Assembly: GCA_043745805.1 (NCBI GenBank)
Contig: JAYTSD010000044.1
Coordinates: 30,280-94,279, forward strand
Source of the DNA: Fibrobacteria bacterium
GTDB taxonomy: Bacteria; Fibrobacterota; Fibrobacteria; UBA11236
Length of the DNA stretch: 64,000 nucleotides
Direction: 5' to 3'
Shown here piece by piece: positions 38,877 through 48,263 of the stretch. Under the pieces are notes generated by a model, which saw nothing but the letters and a program-made list of their open reading frames with translations, searched no databases and had not been told where the DNA came from. How positions within the stretch are numbered: position 1 is the first letter of the stretch; every line of letters starts with the position of its first letter. Position numbers and translations under genes: made by a program.

Positions 38877-40655
38877 TTGAAAAAGCAAAATATTATTGGT
38901 TGGGTGATTTTGATGGTCTTGCTCTTTGCATGGACTACTTTTAAAAGCAAGCAAGCTCAGGAATTGGCACGAAAAAAAGCGGAAACTCAATATGCGGATT
39001 CCTTGGCCCATGCTAAAGATAAAAAAACAAATGAAGTGAAGGTCATGTCCAATACTTCCTTAGTGGCCTCTTCAGCAGTTGCTTCCTCTACTACAACTTC
39101 TGCCGGCATTATTGAGGCCGTGGTGGATTCAGCGAAAACGCAAATCAAACCCTTTCAAATAAAAGTGGAAACCAAGCAGTTCACGGTTACTTTAGACAAT
39201 GTAGGTGCGCGCATTGTTGGAATTCAATTGCTATCCATTGCCGGTAAAAAAGTACCTCATCCTGAATTGATTGCTTCCGAAAAAGGCGGCGCCTTAGGAT
39301 TAAGTTTAGATGGCAAAGATTTGAGCCAAGTGCTTTGGCAAGTAGACACTACAAAATCGGAATACTTGGTCAATAGTCAAAACCAGTCCTTAGTTTTTAA
39401 TTACACCTTTCCAGATGGAAAAATTGTAAAAAGAACCTATACCTTTTATCCTGATAGCAGCAAATTTCATCATGATTTAGATGCACCAGGATTTGCTGCT
39501 GGTTATAGCATGGATTGGAATTCTGGATTAGAAGAAACCGAAGTGATTCCGCAAGGCAAGGGTGTTGGAGTATTAAGCTCTTTTTTTAGCGAAGTTGTTT
39601 TAGACAATGGAGTAAATGTTGAGCGCGTTACTTTTGTCGGTAAAAAAACTTTCAACGCCGAAAGTGGCGTTTTACGTTGGGTAGGATTACGTCGTCGCTA
39701 TTTAGCTATTTTGCTCAACTTCAATCGCGAGACGACTCATCGCGTGGATGCTGTGGGTGTGCTTGGCGAAAATGAGGATAAATCCCATCCGCATAATTAT
39801 CAATTAGCTATCGATGGCCCTCGCTATGAAGATCATGCCTTGGATTTTGATTTTGTGGTTTTGCCTTTAAGTTATGAAAAACTTTTAAGTTATCATCAAA
39901 ATTATGAGAAAATTATTTTCTCCGGTTGGGAATGGCTGTTACGTGCAGATATTTGGTATGTGGCACTCTGCGGATTTATTCTCAAGCTGCTTAATTTTTT
40001 CCATGGCTTAATTCCTAATTATGGCATAGCCATTATTTTGCTCACATTAATGGTGCGCTTTATCACTTTCCCTTTGACAATTTCCCAAACCAAGTCCGCC
40101 GCGAAGATGCAACAGCATGCGCCAGAGATCAAAAAAATTCGCGAGAAGTTTAAAACCCAACCGGGTAAAATGAATCAAGAAGTAATGGCCTATTATTCCA
40201 AAGTGGGCGTGAGTCCATTTTCCCAACTCACGGGTTGTTTACCCATGCTATTACAAATGCCAATTTTCATTTCGCTATTTAATGTGCTTGGCCGCGCGGT
40301 GGAATTAAAAGATGCGCCTTTCTTTGCTTGGATACATGATTTGTCTCGTCCCGATGTGATTATGTCGGCTTTTAAAGTGCCTTATATTTTTCCATTAGGT
40401 CTTACCGTTTTGCCTTTCTTTATGTCGGGGACTATGTTCTTTCAAATGAAGGCTACCATTAAAGATGAAAATCAAAAATTCATGATTTGGATGATGCCGG
40501 TTATGATGTTTGTTTTTTCGGGTTCTTTCCCTTCCGGTTTAGTTCTTTACTGGACGGTTTCGAATATTTTCACTTTGGCACAAACCCATTTTTATACCAA
40601 TCGTTTGAAGCCAGCATCTAGCAAAGAAATTATTGTCCAAGCCAAAAAGGGCTAA
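38877..40655 (+). CDS. yidC: Membrane protein insertase YidC
   Basis: NYGIAIILLT..VR, GCLPMLLQMPIF, WIHDLS.PD, PSGLVLYW; TTG start at 38877 after GAGGAG. Confidence 0.96.
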   Translation: MKKQNIIGWVILMVLLFAWTTFKSKQAQELARKKAETQYADSLAHAKDKKTNEVKVMSNTSLVASSAVASSTTTSAGIIEAVVDSAKTQIKPFQIKVETKQFTVTLDNVGARIVGIQLLSIAGKKVPHPELIASEKGGALGLSLDGKDLSQVLWQVDTTKSEYLVNSQNQSLVFNYTFPDGKIVKRTYTFYPDSSKFHHDLDAPGFAAGYSMDWNSGLEETEVIPQGKGVGVLSSFFSEVVLDNGVNVERVTFVGKKTFNAESGVLRWVGLRRRYLAILLNFNRETTHRVDAVGVLGENEDKSHPHNYQLAIDGPRYEDHALDFDFVVLPLSYEKLLSYHQNYEKIIFSGWEWLLRADIWYVALCGFILKLLNFFHGLIPNYGIAIILLTLMVRFITFPLTISQTKSAAKMQQHAPEIKKIREKFKTQPGKMNQEVMAYYSKVGVSPFSQLTGCLPMLLQMPIFISLFNVLGRAVELKDAPFFAWIHDLSRPDVIMSAFKVPYIFPLGLTVLPFFMSGTMFFQMKATIKDENQKFMIWMMPVMMFVFSGSFPSGLVLYWTVSNIFTLAQTHFYTNRLKPASSKEIIVQAKKG

Positions 40656-40704
40656 CATTAAGCTCGGACCTTAATAGAGATTTTAAAAAAATAAGAGGTA
40701 AAAA

Positions 40705-42018
40705 TTGATTTCCACAATTATTGCCTTATCTTCATCGCCAGGCACTTCGGGCTTGGCTATTATTCGTTTATCCGGTCCGCAATGTTTAGAGGTGATTCAT
40801 CGCCATCTAAAAAAAATTCCGGTTTCTCATCATATGACTTACGCCTCCTTTCGCAATGGGGAAGGTGAAGTATTAGATCGTTTAAACTTTGTGTATATGC
40901 AGGCGCCAAAAACTTCTACGGGTGAAGATGTTTTGGAATTATTTCCTCATGGCAATATGCTTTTGGTGCAATGTATTATGGAGAGTATCTTGCAGGTTAC
41001 GGGCATCCGTTTGGCCGAACCTGGGGAGTTTACGCGGCGTAGTTTTGAAAATGGCAAAATCGATTTATTGCAAGCGGAGTCCGTTGGTCAACTCATTCAT
41101 TCGCAAAATTTACAGGCCTTACAAAATGCGCAAAAAATTTTGTCTGGAGTATTGAGTACTTCCCTACGTAAATTGCGCGAAGACTTAGTGGATATTTCTT
41201 TGCGTTTAGAACTCGATGTAGATTTTTCCGAAGAAGAAGCCGATCCCGATTATGCCTCTTGGGAAAAACGTTTGGTGATTATTGCTAATGCTTTGGAAGA
41301 ACTAACCCAAAGCTTTGAGCGAGGAAAACGCCTTCAGCAAATGCCGCGCATTGGTTTATTCGGCGCGCCTAATGCGGGCAAATCCAGTTTGATCAATGCG
41401 CTGATTCAAGAAGACCGATTATTGGTTTCGCATATTGCAGGCACTACGCGCGACTATGTAGAAGTGCCATTAAATTTACCGGGAGGCCGCGTGCTTTTAG
41501 TAGACACCGCCGGACTCGGAAAACCCGTGGATGGTTTGGATGAACAAGCCATGCAAAGGACGCGCGCGCAACTCGAAAAAGTGGAATGCAAAATTTTAGT
41601 ATGCGATGGAACCCAGCAGAATCAAGATGAAAATCAAAATGAGGTAACCGCCAATTTCGACATTAAAATTTTAAGCAAAAAAGATTTGCCAGGTTTTAAA
41701 TCGGAGCAAAAGGCTATCGCTATTTCCAGTATTACGCATGAAGGTATTAATGAATTGCTCAATCAATTAAATGCTTTATTTTTTGCCACGGAAGGGGGCG
41801 AAGGGTTAATGCTCACCACCGAACGGCAGTATTATGCCTTGAATGCCGCGAAAGCGAATGTGAATGCTGCTTTAGTAAATTTACGCATAAGCCCTGCGAT
41901 TGAAATTATGGCTTTTGAAATTCGCGAAGCTTCGGAGCATTTGCGTGAATTACTGGGAGAAATAGCGCCAGAAGAAATATTGCAAAAAATCTTTGCGGGT
42001 TTTTGTATTGGAAAATAA
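40705..42018 (+). CDS. mnmE: tRNA modification GTPase MnmE/TrmE
   Basis: IIRLSGP, TGEDVLE..HG, AEPGEFTRR, GAPNAGKSS, GTTRD, DTAG, C-terminal FCIGK. Confidence 0.97.
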   Translation: MISTIIALSSSPGTSGLAIIRLSGPQCLEVIHRHLKKIPVSHHMTYASFRNGEGEVLDRLNFVYMQAPKTSTGEDVLELFPHGNMLLVQCIMESILQVTGIRLAEPGEFTRRSFENGKIDLLQAESVGQLIHSQNLQALQNAQKILSGVLSTSLRKLREDLVDISLRLELDVDFSEEEADPDYASWEKRLVIIANALEELTQSFERGKRLQQMPRIGLFGAPNAGKSSLINALIQEDRLLVSHIAGTTRDYVEVPLNLPGGRVLLVDTAGLGKPVDGLDEQAMQRTRAQLEKVECKILVCDGTQQNQDENQNEVTANFDIKILSKKDLPGFKSEQKAIAISSITHEGINELLNQLNALFFATEGGEGLMLTTERQYYALNAAKANVNAALVNLRISPAIEIMAFEIREASEHLRELLGEIAPEEILQKIFAGFCIGK

Positions 42019-42091
42019 ACCTTGAATAAAAATTAATAGCTGGGTGATAATTAAATAAGACAAAATCCCAGTAATGAAATAGTTTGAGATT

Positions 42092-42406
42092 ATGCTCGAA
42101 AAGAATTGGCCAAAACCTCTAAAAGATAAAAAAGCCAAGATTTTTGCTTTTACTCCATATTTCCTTAAATCGCGTTCAAAACCTGGTCATGTTGAACAAT
42201 TGATTGCAATTGAAGCAATATCAAATGCGATTTATTATGAAGAACAAAGGATCGATCGAGAAATTCGACATAGTATTATTGGAACGTCTAAAAAATTTCC
42301 AGATAAATTTATTCGTGTAATTTTATTGGACGATTTCATCACCATCCATAATGCCTTTTTTGATAGAGGTATTCGAAAAAAAATTGGGAGACAAAATGAT
42401 TTTTGA
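42092..42406 (+). CDS. Small hypothetical protein, putative toxin of a TA-like pair
   Basis: 104 aa; RVILLDD...IHNAFFDR; overlaps the downstream DUF2283-like gene. Confidence 0.55.
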   Translation: MLEKNWPKPLKDKKAKIFAFTPYFLKSRSKPGHVEQLIAIEAISNAIYYEEQRIDREIRHSIIGTSKKFPDKFIRVILLDDFITIHNAFFDRGIRKKIGRQNDF

Positions 42407-42638
42407 ATATACTCCAGAGACAGACACTCTTTATATACAGTTCAAAAAAAATAAAAATGTCGAAGGTGAAAATATAAATAACCGAACGGTAGGGTATTTT
42501 ACAGATAAAAACGAATTATCTGCTATCGAAATCGAACATGCGAAAAAGGCAGTAGATTTAAAAACAATAGAAATTAATGGCAAAGTAATTGATTGGTCAA
42601 AAGCATTGACTTCTGCTAAGAGCAAGAAGAAGAAATAA
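42396..42638 (+). CDS. DUF2283-like protein (putative antitoxin)
   Basis: MIFEYTPETDTLYIQF...AIEIEHA; ATG after GGGAG. Confidence 0.75.
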   Translation: MIFEYTPETDTLYIQFKKNKNVEGENINNRTVGYFTDKNELSAIEIEHAKKAVDLKTIEINGKVIDWSKALTSAKSKKKK

Positions 42639-42654
42639 CACTTATACCAATAAT

Positions 42655-43056
42655 TTATTTCAGCGCGGCAGTAAAATCTTTTAACCCAAGCATTGTCGTA
42701 ATTTCAACTTGATGCGGCTTCAATAGCTCCATATCATATTTTCCATATACGGTAGATTTACCGCTGAAGATTAAAGTTCTTACTTCCCAATCAATATGAA
42801 AATGTCCACCGCCTTGTATCTTCCAGCCAGGGGATAAAATTTTGCATTTGGGTCCAGTTTGCATTTCTACTTCTGCGTGATTTTCTTTACCTAAATACAA
42901 TTCCACAATATGCGCATGAAAAGGCGTTAGCGCCAAAGGCGATAAAATCAAATGCAGTATTTTTCCTTGATTGAGCAAAACAAATTTTCCCGCGCAATCA
43001 TTATCGCCTGCTATAAAATCGATATAGGATTTGGCAATGAAAACGGCTTCGGTCAT
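42655..43056 (-). CDS. Hypothetical protein resembling Janus/Ocnus (PHPT1) phosphatases
   Basis: GKFVLL...FHAHIVE...GGGHF...LIFSGKSTVYGKYD; begins 9 nt after the hldE stop. Confidence 0.55.
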   Translation of the reverse strand: MTEAVFIAKSYIDFIAGDNDCAGKFVLLNQGKILHLILSPLALTPFHAHIVELYLGKENHAEVEMQTGPKCKILSPGWKIQGGGHFHIDWEVRTLIFSGKSTVYGKYDMELLKPHQVEITTMLGLKDFTAALK

Positions 43057-43065
43057 AGAGGCAAT

Positions 43066-44502
43066 TTAGGGTTGGGCTACAATAGCCGCAATAATTTGCG
43101 AAGTGGACAAGCCAGGAATTTTTTCCACGATATGAATGTTACCGCCAAATTTTTTAACGGTTTCGGCTTCGATACATTGTTCACCGTATTCCGATCCGTT
43201 GACATGCACAGTCGGTTGAACTTCTGCTAAAAAAGGCATAGGTACATCTTCGTCGAAGATATGTACAAAATCTACGGCGCGTAAAGCCAATAGCATTTGC
43301 GCGCGATATTGTTCAGGAATTAAAGGACGAGATTCACCTTTATAACGTTTCACTGAAGCATCGCTATTTATTCCCACTAATAAAACATCGCCTTGACGTT
43401 TGGCTTCTTCTAAAATATGTAAATGCCCCGCATGTAAAAGATCAAATGATCCATTGAGGGTAACAATTTTTTTCTCATTGGCCTTTTGTGTTTTGGACCA
43501 TGGTGAAAGTTCATCCCGTGTAAGCAACCTTTTATGAGCGGACGTATAATGCAGCAATTCATCGCGTGTAAGTGTAGCGGTGCCTAATTTGCCCACGACT
43601 ACACCTGCAGCTTGATTCGCAATAAGCACGGCTTCTTGATCTTTGCAGCCACTGGCTTTGGCTAAGGCAAAGGCAGCCACCACCGTATCGCCCGCGCCAC
43701 TCACATCAAATACTTCTTTAGCAACCGTGGGCACATTAAAATTATTTTCTTTTTGCTTAGGAAAAAAACTTATACCTTTGGGTCCAAGCGTAAGTAGTAT
43801 GGAGCTATTTAACTCTTTTCTTAAAGCGTCACCGTTAGCAATGATTTTATCTGTGGTAGCTGAGCTTTCGATTTGGCCGAGCAAGCCTTGGCTTTCTTTC
43901 CAGTTGGGAGTAAGATAATCGGCATTTTTATAAAAGTGAAAATGTTGCGGACGTGGATCGATAATCACTTGTTTGTTTTGCACATGCACTGCTGCAATTA
44001 TTTTCTTTACCAAATCTTGCGTGAAAAATCCTTTAGCATAATCCGACACCACCACCATACTCGCAAGCGGAAGTTGTTGGGAAAACATTTCGAATATTCG
44101 CGCTTCCGTACTTTCATTGATAGTATGCGTTTCTTCATAATCGAGTCGCAATAACTGTTGCCGCGCTCCCACGAGGCGAGTTTTTTTAATAGTAGGTCGG
44201 CCATCATGAATAGGAATGGTTTGAATACCAAGGTTCTTGGCTAATTGCAAAAATTCTCGGCCATTATCATCCTCGCCGAGCAAACCCATGAGTAAAACTT
44301 TTCCACCTAGCGAAGCAATATTCGCTGCCGTATTGGCTGCGCCACCTAAAACTTTGAGTGCGGCTTGCACTTTTAAAATAGGTACCGGAGCTTCGGGTGA
44401 TAAACGTGAGCAATCACCGGTTAAATATTCATCAATGAAAACATCCCCCAAAACCAAAAGCGTTTGTTCGGGAAAATGCGAGAGAATTTTTTCGAGGTTC
44501 AT
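43066..44502 (-). CDS. hldE: Bifunctional heptose-7-phosphate kinase / heptose-1-phosphate adenylyltransferase
   Basis: RLSPEAPVP, GGAAN, SDYAKG, TPN..E, DVSGAGDTV, NGSFDLLHAGH, NSDASVKRYKG. Confidence 0.95.
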   Translation of the reverse strand: MNLEKILSHFPEQTLLVLGDVFIDEYLTGDCSRLSPEAPVPILKVQAALKVLGGAANTAANIASLGGKVLLMGLLGEDDNGREFLQLAKNLGIQTIPIHDGRPTIKKTRLVGARQQLLRLDYEETHTINESTEARIFEMFSQQLPLASMVVVSDYAKGFFTQDLVKKIIAAVHVQNKQVIIDPRPQHFHFYKNADYLTPNWKESQGLLGQIESSATTDKIIANGDALRKELNSSILLTLGPKGISFFPKQKENNFNVPTVAKEVFDVSGAGDTVVAAFALAKASGCKDQEAVLIANQAAGVVVGKLGTATLTRDELLHYTSAHKRLLTRDELSPWSKTQKANEKKIVTLNGSFDLLHAGHLHILEEAKRQGDVLLVGINSDASVKRYKGESRPLIPEQYRAQMLLALRAVDFVHIFDEDVPMPFLAEVQPTVHVNGSEYGEQCIEAETVKKFGGNIHIVEKIPGLSTSQIIAAIVAQP

Positions 44503-44606
44503 AGATAAATCCTAATTTGATCCAAGCAATGTAATAAGCTAAAGCTTATCACAGAAGTTTAAAGCTATTTCAAAAAAATCATTTCTTCTTGTCCTTCTCT
44601 AGTATG

Positions 44607-44638
44607 AAAAAACGTCCTCGTTGCCAAGGACGTTTTTC
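44607..44638 (-). terminator. Rho-independent terminator after the sigma gene
   Basis: GAAAAAACGTCCTCG-TTGC-CAAGGACGTTTTTC inverted repeat. Confidence 0.75.
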
Positions 44639-44675
44639 GGGGGTGGGGGAGAAGATTTTTATTTGAGATATATTT

Positions 44676-45533
44676 TTAAGCAGCTATGGCTAATTCGCGT
44701 GTTTCTTCCATGGAACGTAAATTGCCTAAAGCTTTTTCTTTGATTTGGCGTACACGTTCTTTGGATAAACCGATGACTTCACCAATTTCTTCTAAGTTCA
44801 ATGCTTCATGATAATTAATGCCGAAATACATGCTCAGTACTTGGCGTTCTTGATCATTTAGTTTGCCGAGCAAAGAAGTGATATAAGCGTGATGAGATTT
44901 TTGCGTAGTGATTTCATCAGGTCTTTCGGTATGTGTGTCTTCGATAATATCCATCACCGAAGATCCGTCTTCTTTATTTAAAGGATCATCGAGTGAGGAA
45001 TGACGTAAACCCATTTCCATGATTTTTTCGATTTGGCGTCCAGAATACCCCATTTTTTTTCCTAAAGCATCCGTATCTACCAAGGTGCCGCCACCCACAG
45101 TTTGGCGCATAGGAATATTGTGTTTAGAAAAACGACGAAGAATTAATTCCTTTTCCGCTGAGATACGCACCATACGCGCTCTTTCGGCAATCGCACGGGT
45201 AATGGCTTGACGAATCCACCATACGGCATAAGAAATGAATTTGAGTTTGCGAGTCACATCAAAGCGTTTGGCGGCTTCGATTAAACCAATATTGCCTTCA
45301 TTAATCAGTTCAGGAAGCGAGAAGCCCTGATTTTTGTACATAAAAGCCACATTAATCACAAATTTTAAATTTCCGCAAACCAATTTATTAATGGCTCGGG
45401 TATCCCCGGCTTTAATGCGTAGGAGTAATTCCACTTCTTGGCTTTTGGTCAAAAGAGGATATTTACTGATGTCTTTGATATATTGATAGTAGAGCGAAGC
45501 TCCATCCCATGATTCTGTAGCTGAATGTGTCAT
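44676..45533 (-). CDS. Sigma-70 family (RpoD/RpoS-like) sigma factor without region 1.1
   Basis: NLKFVINVA, LINEGNIGLIEAAKRFD, KFISYAVWWIRQAI, LSKERVRQIKEKAL. Confidence 0.93.
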   Translation of the reverse strand: MTHSATESWDGASLYYQYIKDISKYPLLTKSQEVELLLRIKAGDTRAINKLVCGNLKFVINVAFMYKNQGFSLPELINEGNIGLIEAAKRFDVTRKLKFISYAVWWIRQAITRAIAERARMVRISAEKELILRRFSKHNIPMRQTVGGGTLVDTDALGKKMGYSGRQIEKIMEMGLRHSSLDDPLNKEDGSSVMDIIEDTHTERPDEITTQKSHHAYITSLLGKLNDQERQVLSMYFGINYHEALNLEEIGEVIGLSKERVRQIKEKALGNLRSMEETRELAIAA

Positions 45534-45759
45534 AAGGTTCCTTTCCTTGTGCTATGTATCTATAATAGCAGATGCTGAAAGGGCATGTGTCACGCTTATG
45601 TCATGGCTACGCACTTTTTAATGCCGCTTAATGTCGTAAAAATGCAAGGGATTGATTTATCTCGTGCTACATCGTCTCTAGGCATTGCAGGGTGGGGAAA
45701 ATTTCCTAGTTTTCCCCTACTTTCTTGGAGCGAGTCCAAGGTTTTTTTATGGAGCATTT

Positions 45760-48078
45760 GTGAATTACGTAGAGATTATAGCAGCCGAAACGAAAATTAG
45801 ACCCGAATTTGTGCGCAATACTTTGACCCTTTTTGATCAAGGTTCCACTGTTCCCTTTATTACGCGTTATCGGAAAGAGGTAACCGGATCGATGGATGAA
45901 AATCAAATTCGACAAGTGGAAGAATTATACGCTTATCATAAAGAATTAGATGAACGTCGCACTGCGATTTTAAAAAGCATTGAAGCTCAAGGTAAGTTAA
46001 CGCCTGAGTTGAAAAGTAAAATCGAAAAAAGCATGGTTAAAACTGAGCTGGAAGATTTGTATTTGCCTTTCAAACCCAAGCGTCGCACACGCGCCATGGC
46101 CGCCAAGGAATTGGGCTTGGAACCTTTGGCTCGTTTATTCGAAGCACAAGAGCATACCACACAAACAGCCGAACAATTGGCTGCGCCTTTTGTACGTCCT
46201 GAATTACATATCGCTGATGCAGCGGCTGCGATATCAGGGGCTTTAGATATACTCGCTGAAGAGTTTTCGGAAAATGCCGAAATGCGTAGTTGGTTACGTG
46301 ATAATGCCATGAAAAAAGGTTTGTTAACTTGCAAGGTTACTAAAGCTTTTGAAGGCAAGCGTTCCAAATTTGAAATGTATTATGAATTTAAAGAGAAGGT
46401 CAGTGAATTACCTTCGCATCGTATTTTGGCCATTCGTCGCGGCGAAAAAGAAGAAGTTTTAAAAAGCGATCTTATGTTGGAAGACGAAAAAAACCTCAGC
46501 TACTTTGAGAGTAAAATTATTAAATCCGGATCGCCTTTCGCCGCTGAATTTAAAAAGATGCTCAAAGACGGTTATGAACGTTTACTCAAGCCTAGTATTG
46601 AAACTGAAGTGCGCTTAGCCCTTAAAGAAAAAGGCGAAGCGGAAGCTTATGTCGTATTCGGCAAAAATATGCGCGATGTTTTATTGGCCGCTCCTGCGGG
46701 TCCAAAAGTAATTATGGGCGTAGATCCTGGTTTCCGCTCCGGTGTGAAATTAGCCATTATTGACGGCACCGGTAAGTTTTTGGAAGCACGTACCATTTAT
46801 CCAATGCCTCCACAACAACAATTAGAAGCGTCGCAAACTATTTTGTTGGCCATGGTGGAAAGTTTTAAAGTGGACATTATTGCTATTGGTAATGGCACCG
46901 CTTCACGCGAAACCGAAGAATTCATAGGTAACGCCATTGCTACCTTAGAAAATCCACCTATTAAAGTAGTAGTTAGCGAAGCCGGCGCTTCGGTTTATTC
47001 GGTAGCTCCTGTGGCACAGAAAGAATTTCCAACCTTAGATCCTACTATTCGCAGTGCTATTTCCATTGGTCGCCGTATACAAGATGCATTGGCCGAATTG
47101 GTGAAAATCGATCCCAAGTCCATTGGCGTGGGTCAATATCAACATGATGTGAATCAAAATGAATTGAAACGCAAATTGGAACATGTGGTGGAATCTTGCG
47201 TGAACTCGGTGGGCGTGGACGTTAACTCCGCTTCCGAATCCTTGTTGGCTTATATTGCCGGCGTGAATAAATCCTTAGCGAAAAATATTGTAGAGTATCG
47301 TAATGCGAATGGTCCATTTGCTTCGCGTTCGAGCTTAGTGAAAGTGCCTTTGTTTGGGCCTAAAGCTTTTGAACAAGCCGCGGGATTTTTGCGCGTACAA
47401 GGATCCGAAAATGTTTTAGACGCTTCGGCTGTGCATCCTGAACGTTATGAATTGGTGAAAAAGATATGCGAAGATTTATCCGTTTCCATTAAAGAAATTA
47501 TTGGTAATAAAGAATTAATTGGCAAAATCGAAATCAATAAATTTGTCAGCGATGAAGTAGGCTTACCTACTTTGAATGATATTTTATCCGAATTGGAAAA
47601 ACCTAGCCGCGATCCACGCGCCCAATTCACTTATGCGAAGTTTGATGCCAAAGTACAAGATCTTAAGGATTTAGTGCCAGGCACTTGGATGGAAGGCATG
47701 GTTACTAATGTGACTAATTTTGGAGCCTTTATAGATATTGGCGTGCATCAAGATGGCTTGGTACATATTTCCGAAATTGCCGATAAGTTTGTTGATGATG
47801 CCAAAAAAATAGTGTCAACGGGCGATATTGTGCAAGTGCGCGTATTGGAAGTAGATGCACAACAAAAACGCATTTCGCTTTCTATGAAAAAGGAAAGTGC
47901 CACGGATGCAGCGCAAAAACCAGGCGCTAAAAAAGTGGATCCTAAAAAGAAAAATGGTCCAAAAAAATTAGCCACGGTGGATCAATTGCTCAATAAATTT
48001 GGCGGTGGTGTTGAGAAGAAGTCTAATAATGTTAAACTTCAATTCTCGGTAAAATCGCTAATGCGTTCAGGTCGATAA
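45760..48078 (+). CDS. tex: Tex transcription accessory protein
   Basis: TVPFITRYRKE, LEDLYLPFK, DPGFRSG.K, GNGTASRE, SEAGASVYS, GVGQYQHD, S1 domain; GTG start at 45760 after GGAG. Confidence 0.96.
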   Translation: MNYVEIIAAETKIRPEFVRNTLTLFDQGSTVPFITRYRKEVTGSMDENQIRQVEELYAYHKELDERRTAILKSIEAQGKLTPELKSKIEKSMVKTELEDLYLPFKPKRRTRAMAAKELGLEPLARLFEAQEHTTQTAEQLAAPFVRPELHIADAAAAISGALDILAEEFSENAEMRSWLRDNAMKKGLLTCKVTKAFEGKRSKFEMYYEFKEKVSELPSHRILAIRRGEKEEVLKSDLMLEDEKNLSYFESKIIKSGSPFAAEFKKMLKDGYERLLKPSIETEVRLALKEKGEAEAYVVFGKNMRDVLLAAPAGPKVIMGVDPGFRSGVKLAIIDGTGKFLEARTIYPMPPQQQLEASQTILLAMVESFKVDIIAIGNGTASRETEEFIGNAIATLENPPIKVVVSEAGASVYSVAPVAQKEFPTLDPTIRSAISIGRRIQDALAELVKIDPKSIGVGQYQHDVNQNELKRKLEHVVESCVNSVGVDVNSASESLLAYIAGVNKSLAKNIVEYRNANGPFASRSSLVKVPLFGPKAFEQAAGFLRVQGSENVLDASAVHPERYELVKKICEDLSVSIKEIIGNKELIGKIEINKFVSDEVGLPTLNDILSELEKPSRDPRAQFTYAKFDAKVQDLKDLVPGTWMEGMVTNVTNFGAFIDIGVHQDGLVHISEIADKFVDDAKKIVSTGDIVQVRVLEVDAQQKRISLSMKKESATDAAQKPGAKKVDPKKKNGPKKLATVDQLLNKFGGGVEKKSNNVKLQFSVKSLMRSGR

Positions 48079-48164
48079 TCCCTAATTGGGGAATTATTAT
48101 CATCTAAAATCAGGATTGGGCATTGCCACAAAGGCCCTTCCTGATTAACTTTCCAAAAAAATTT

Positions 48165-48238
48165 GGCGGCTTAGCTCAGGTGGTTAGAGCAGCGGAATCA
48201 TAATCCGCTTGTCCGGGGTTCAAGTCCCTGAGCCGCTA
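48165..48238 (+). tRNA. tRNA with CAT anticodon, probably elongator tRNA-Met; CCA not encoded
   Basis: GGCGGCT/AGCCGCT acceptor stem, D-arm GCTC/GAGC, anticodon arm GCGGA-ATCATAA-TCCGC, T-loop GGTTCAAGTCC. Confidence 0.93.
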
Positions 48239-48263
48239 ATTTTTCATCCTCTACTATTTCCCC

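Noticed and set aside
48165-48263. tRNA as a prophage or island attachment site
   Set aside because: No integrase and no duplicated tRNA 3' end seen; flanked by tex and fabV
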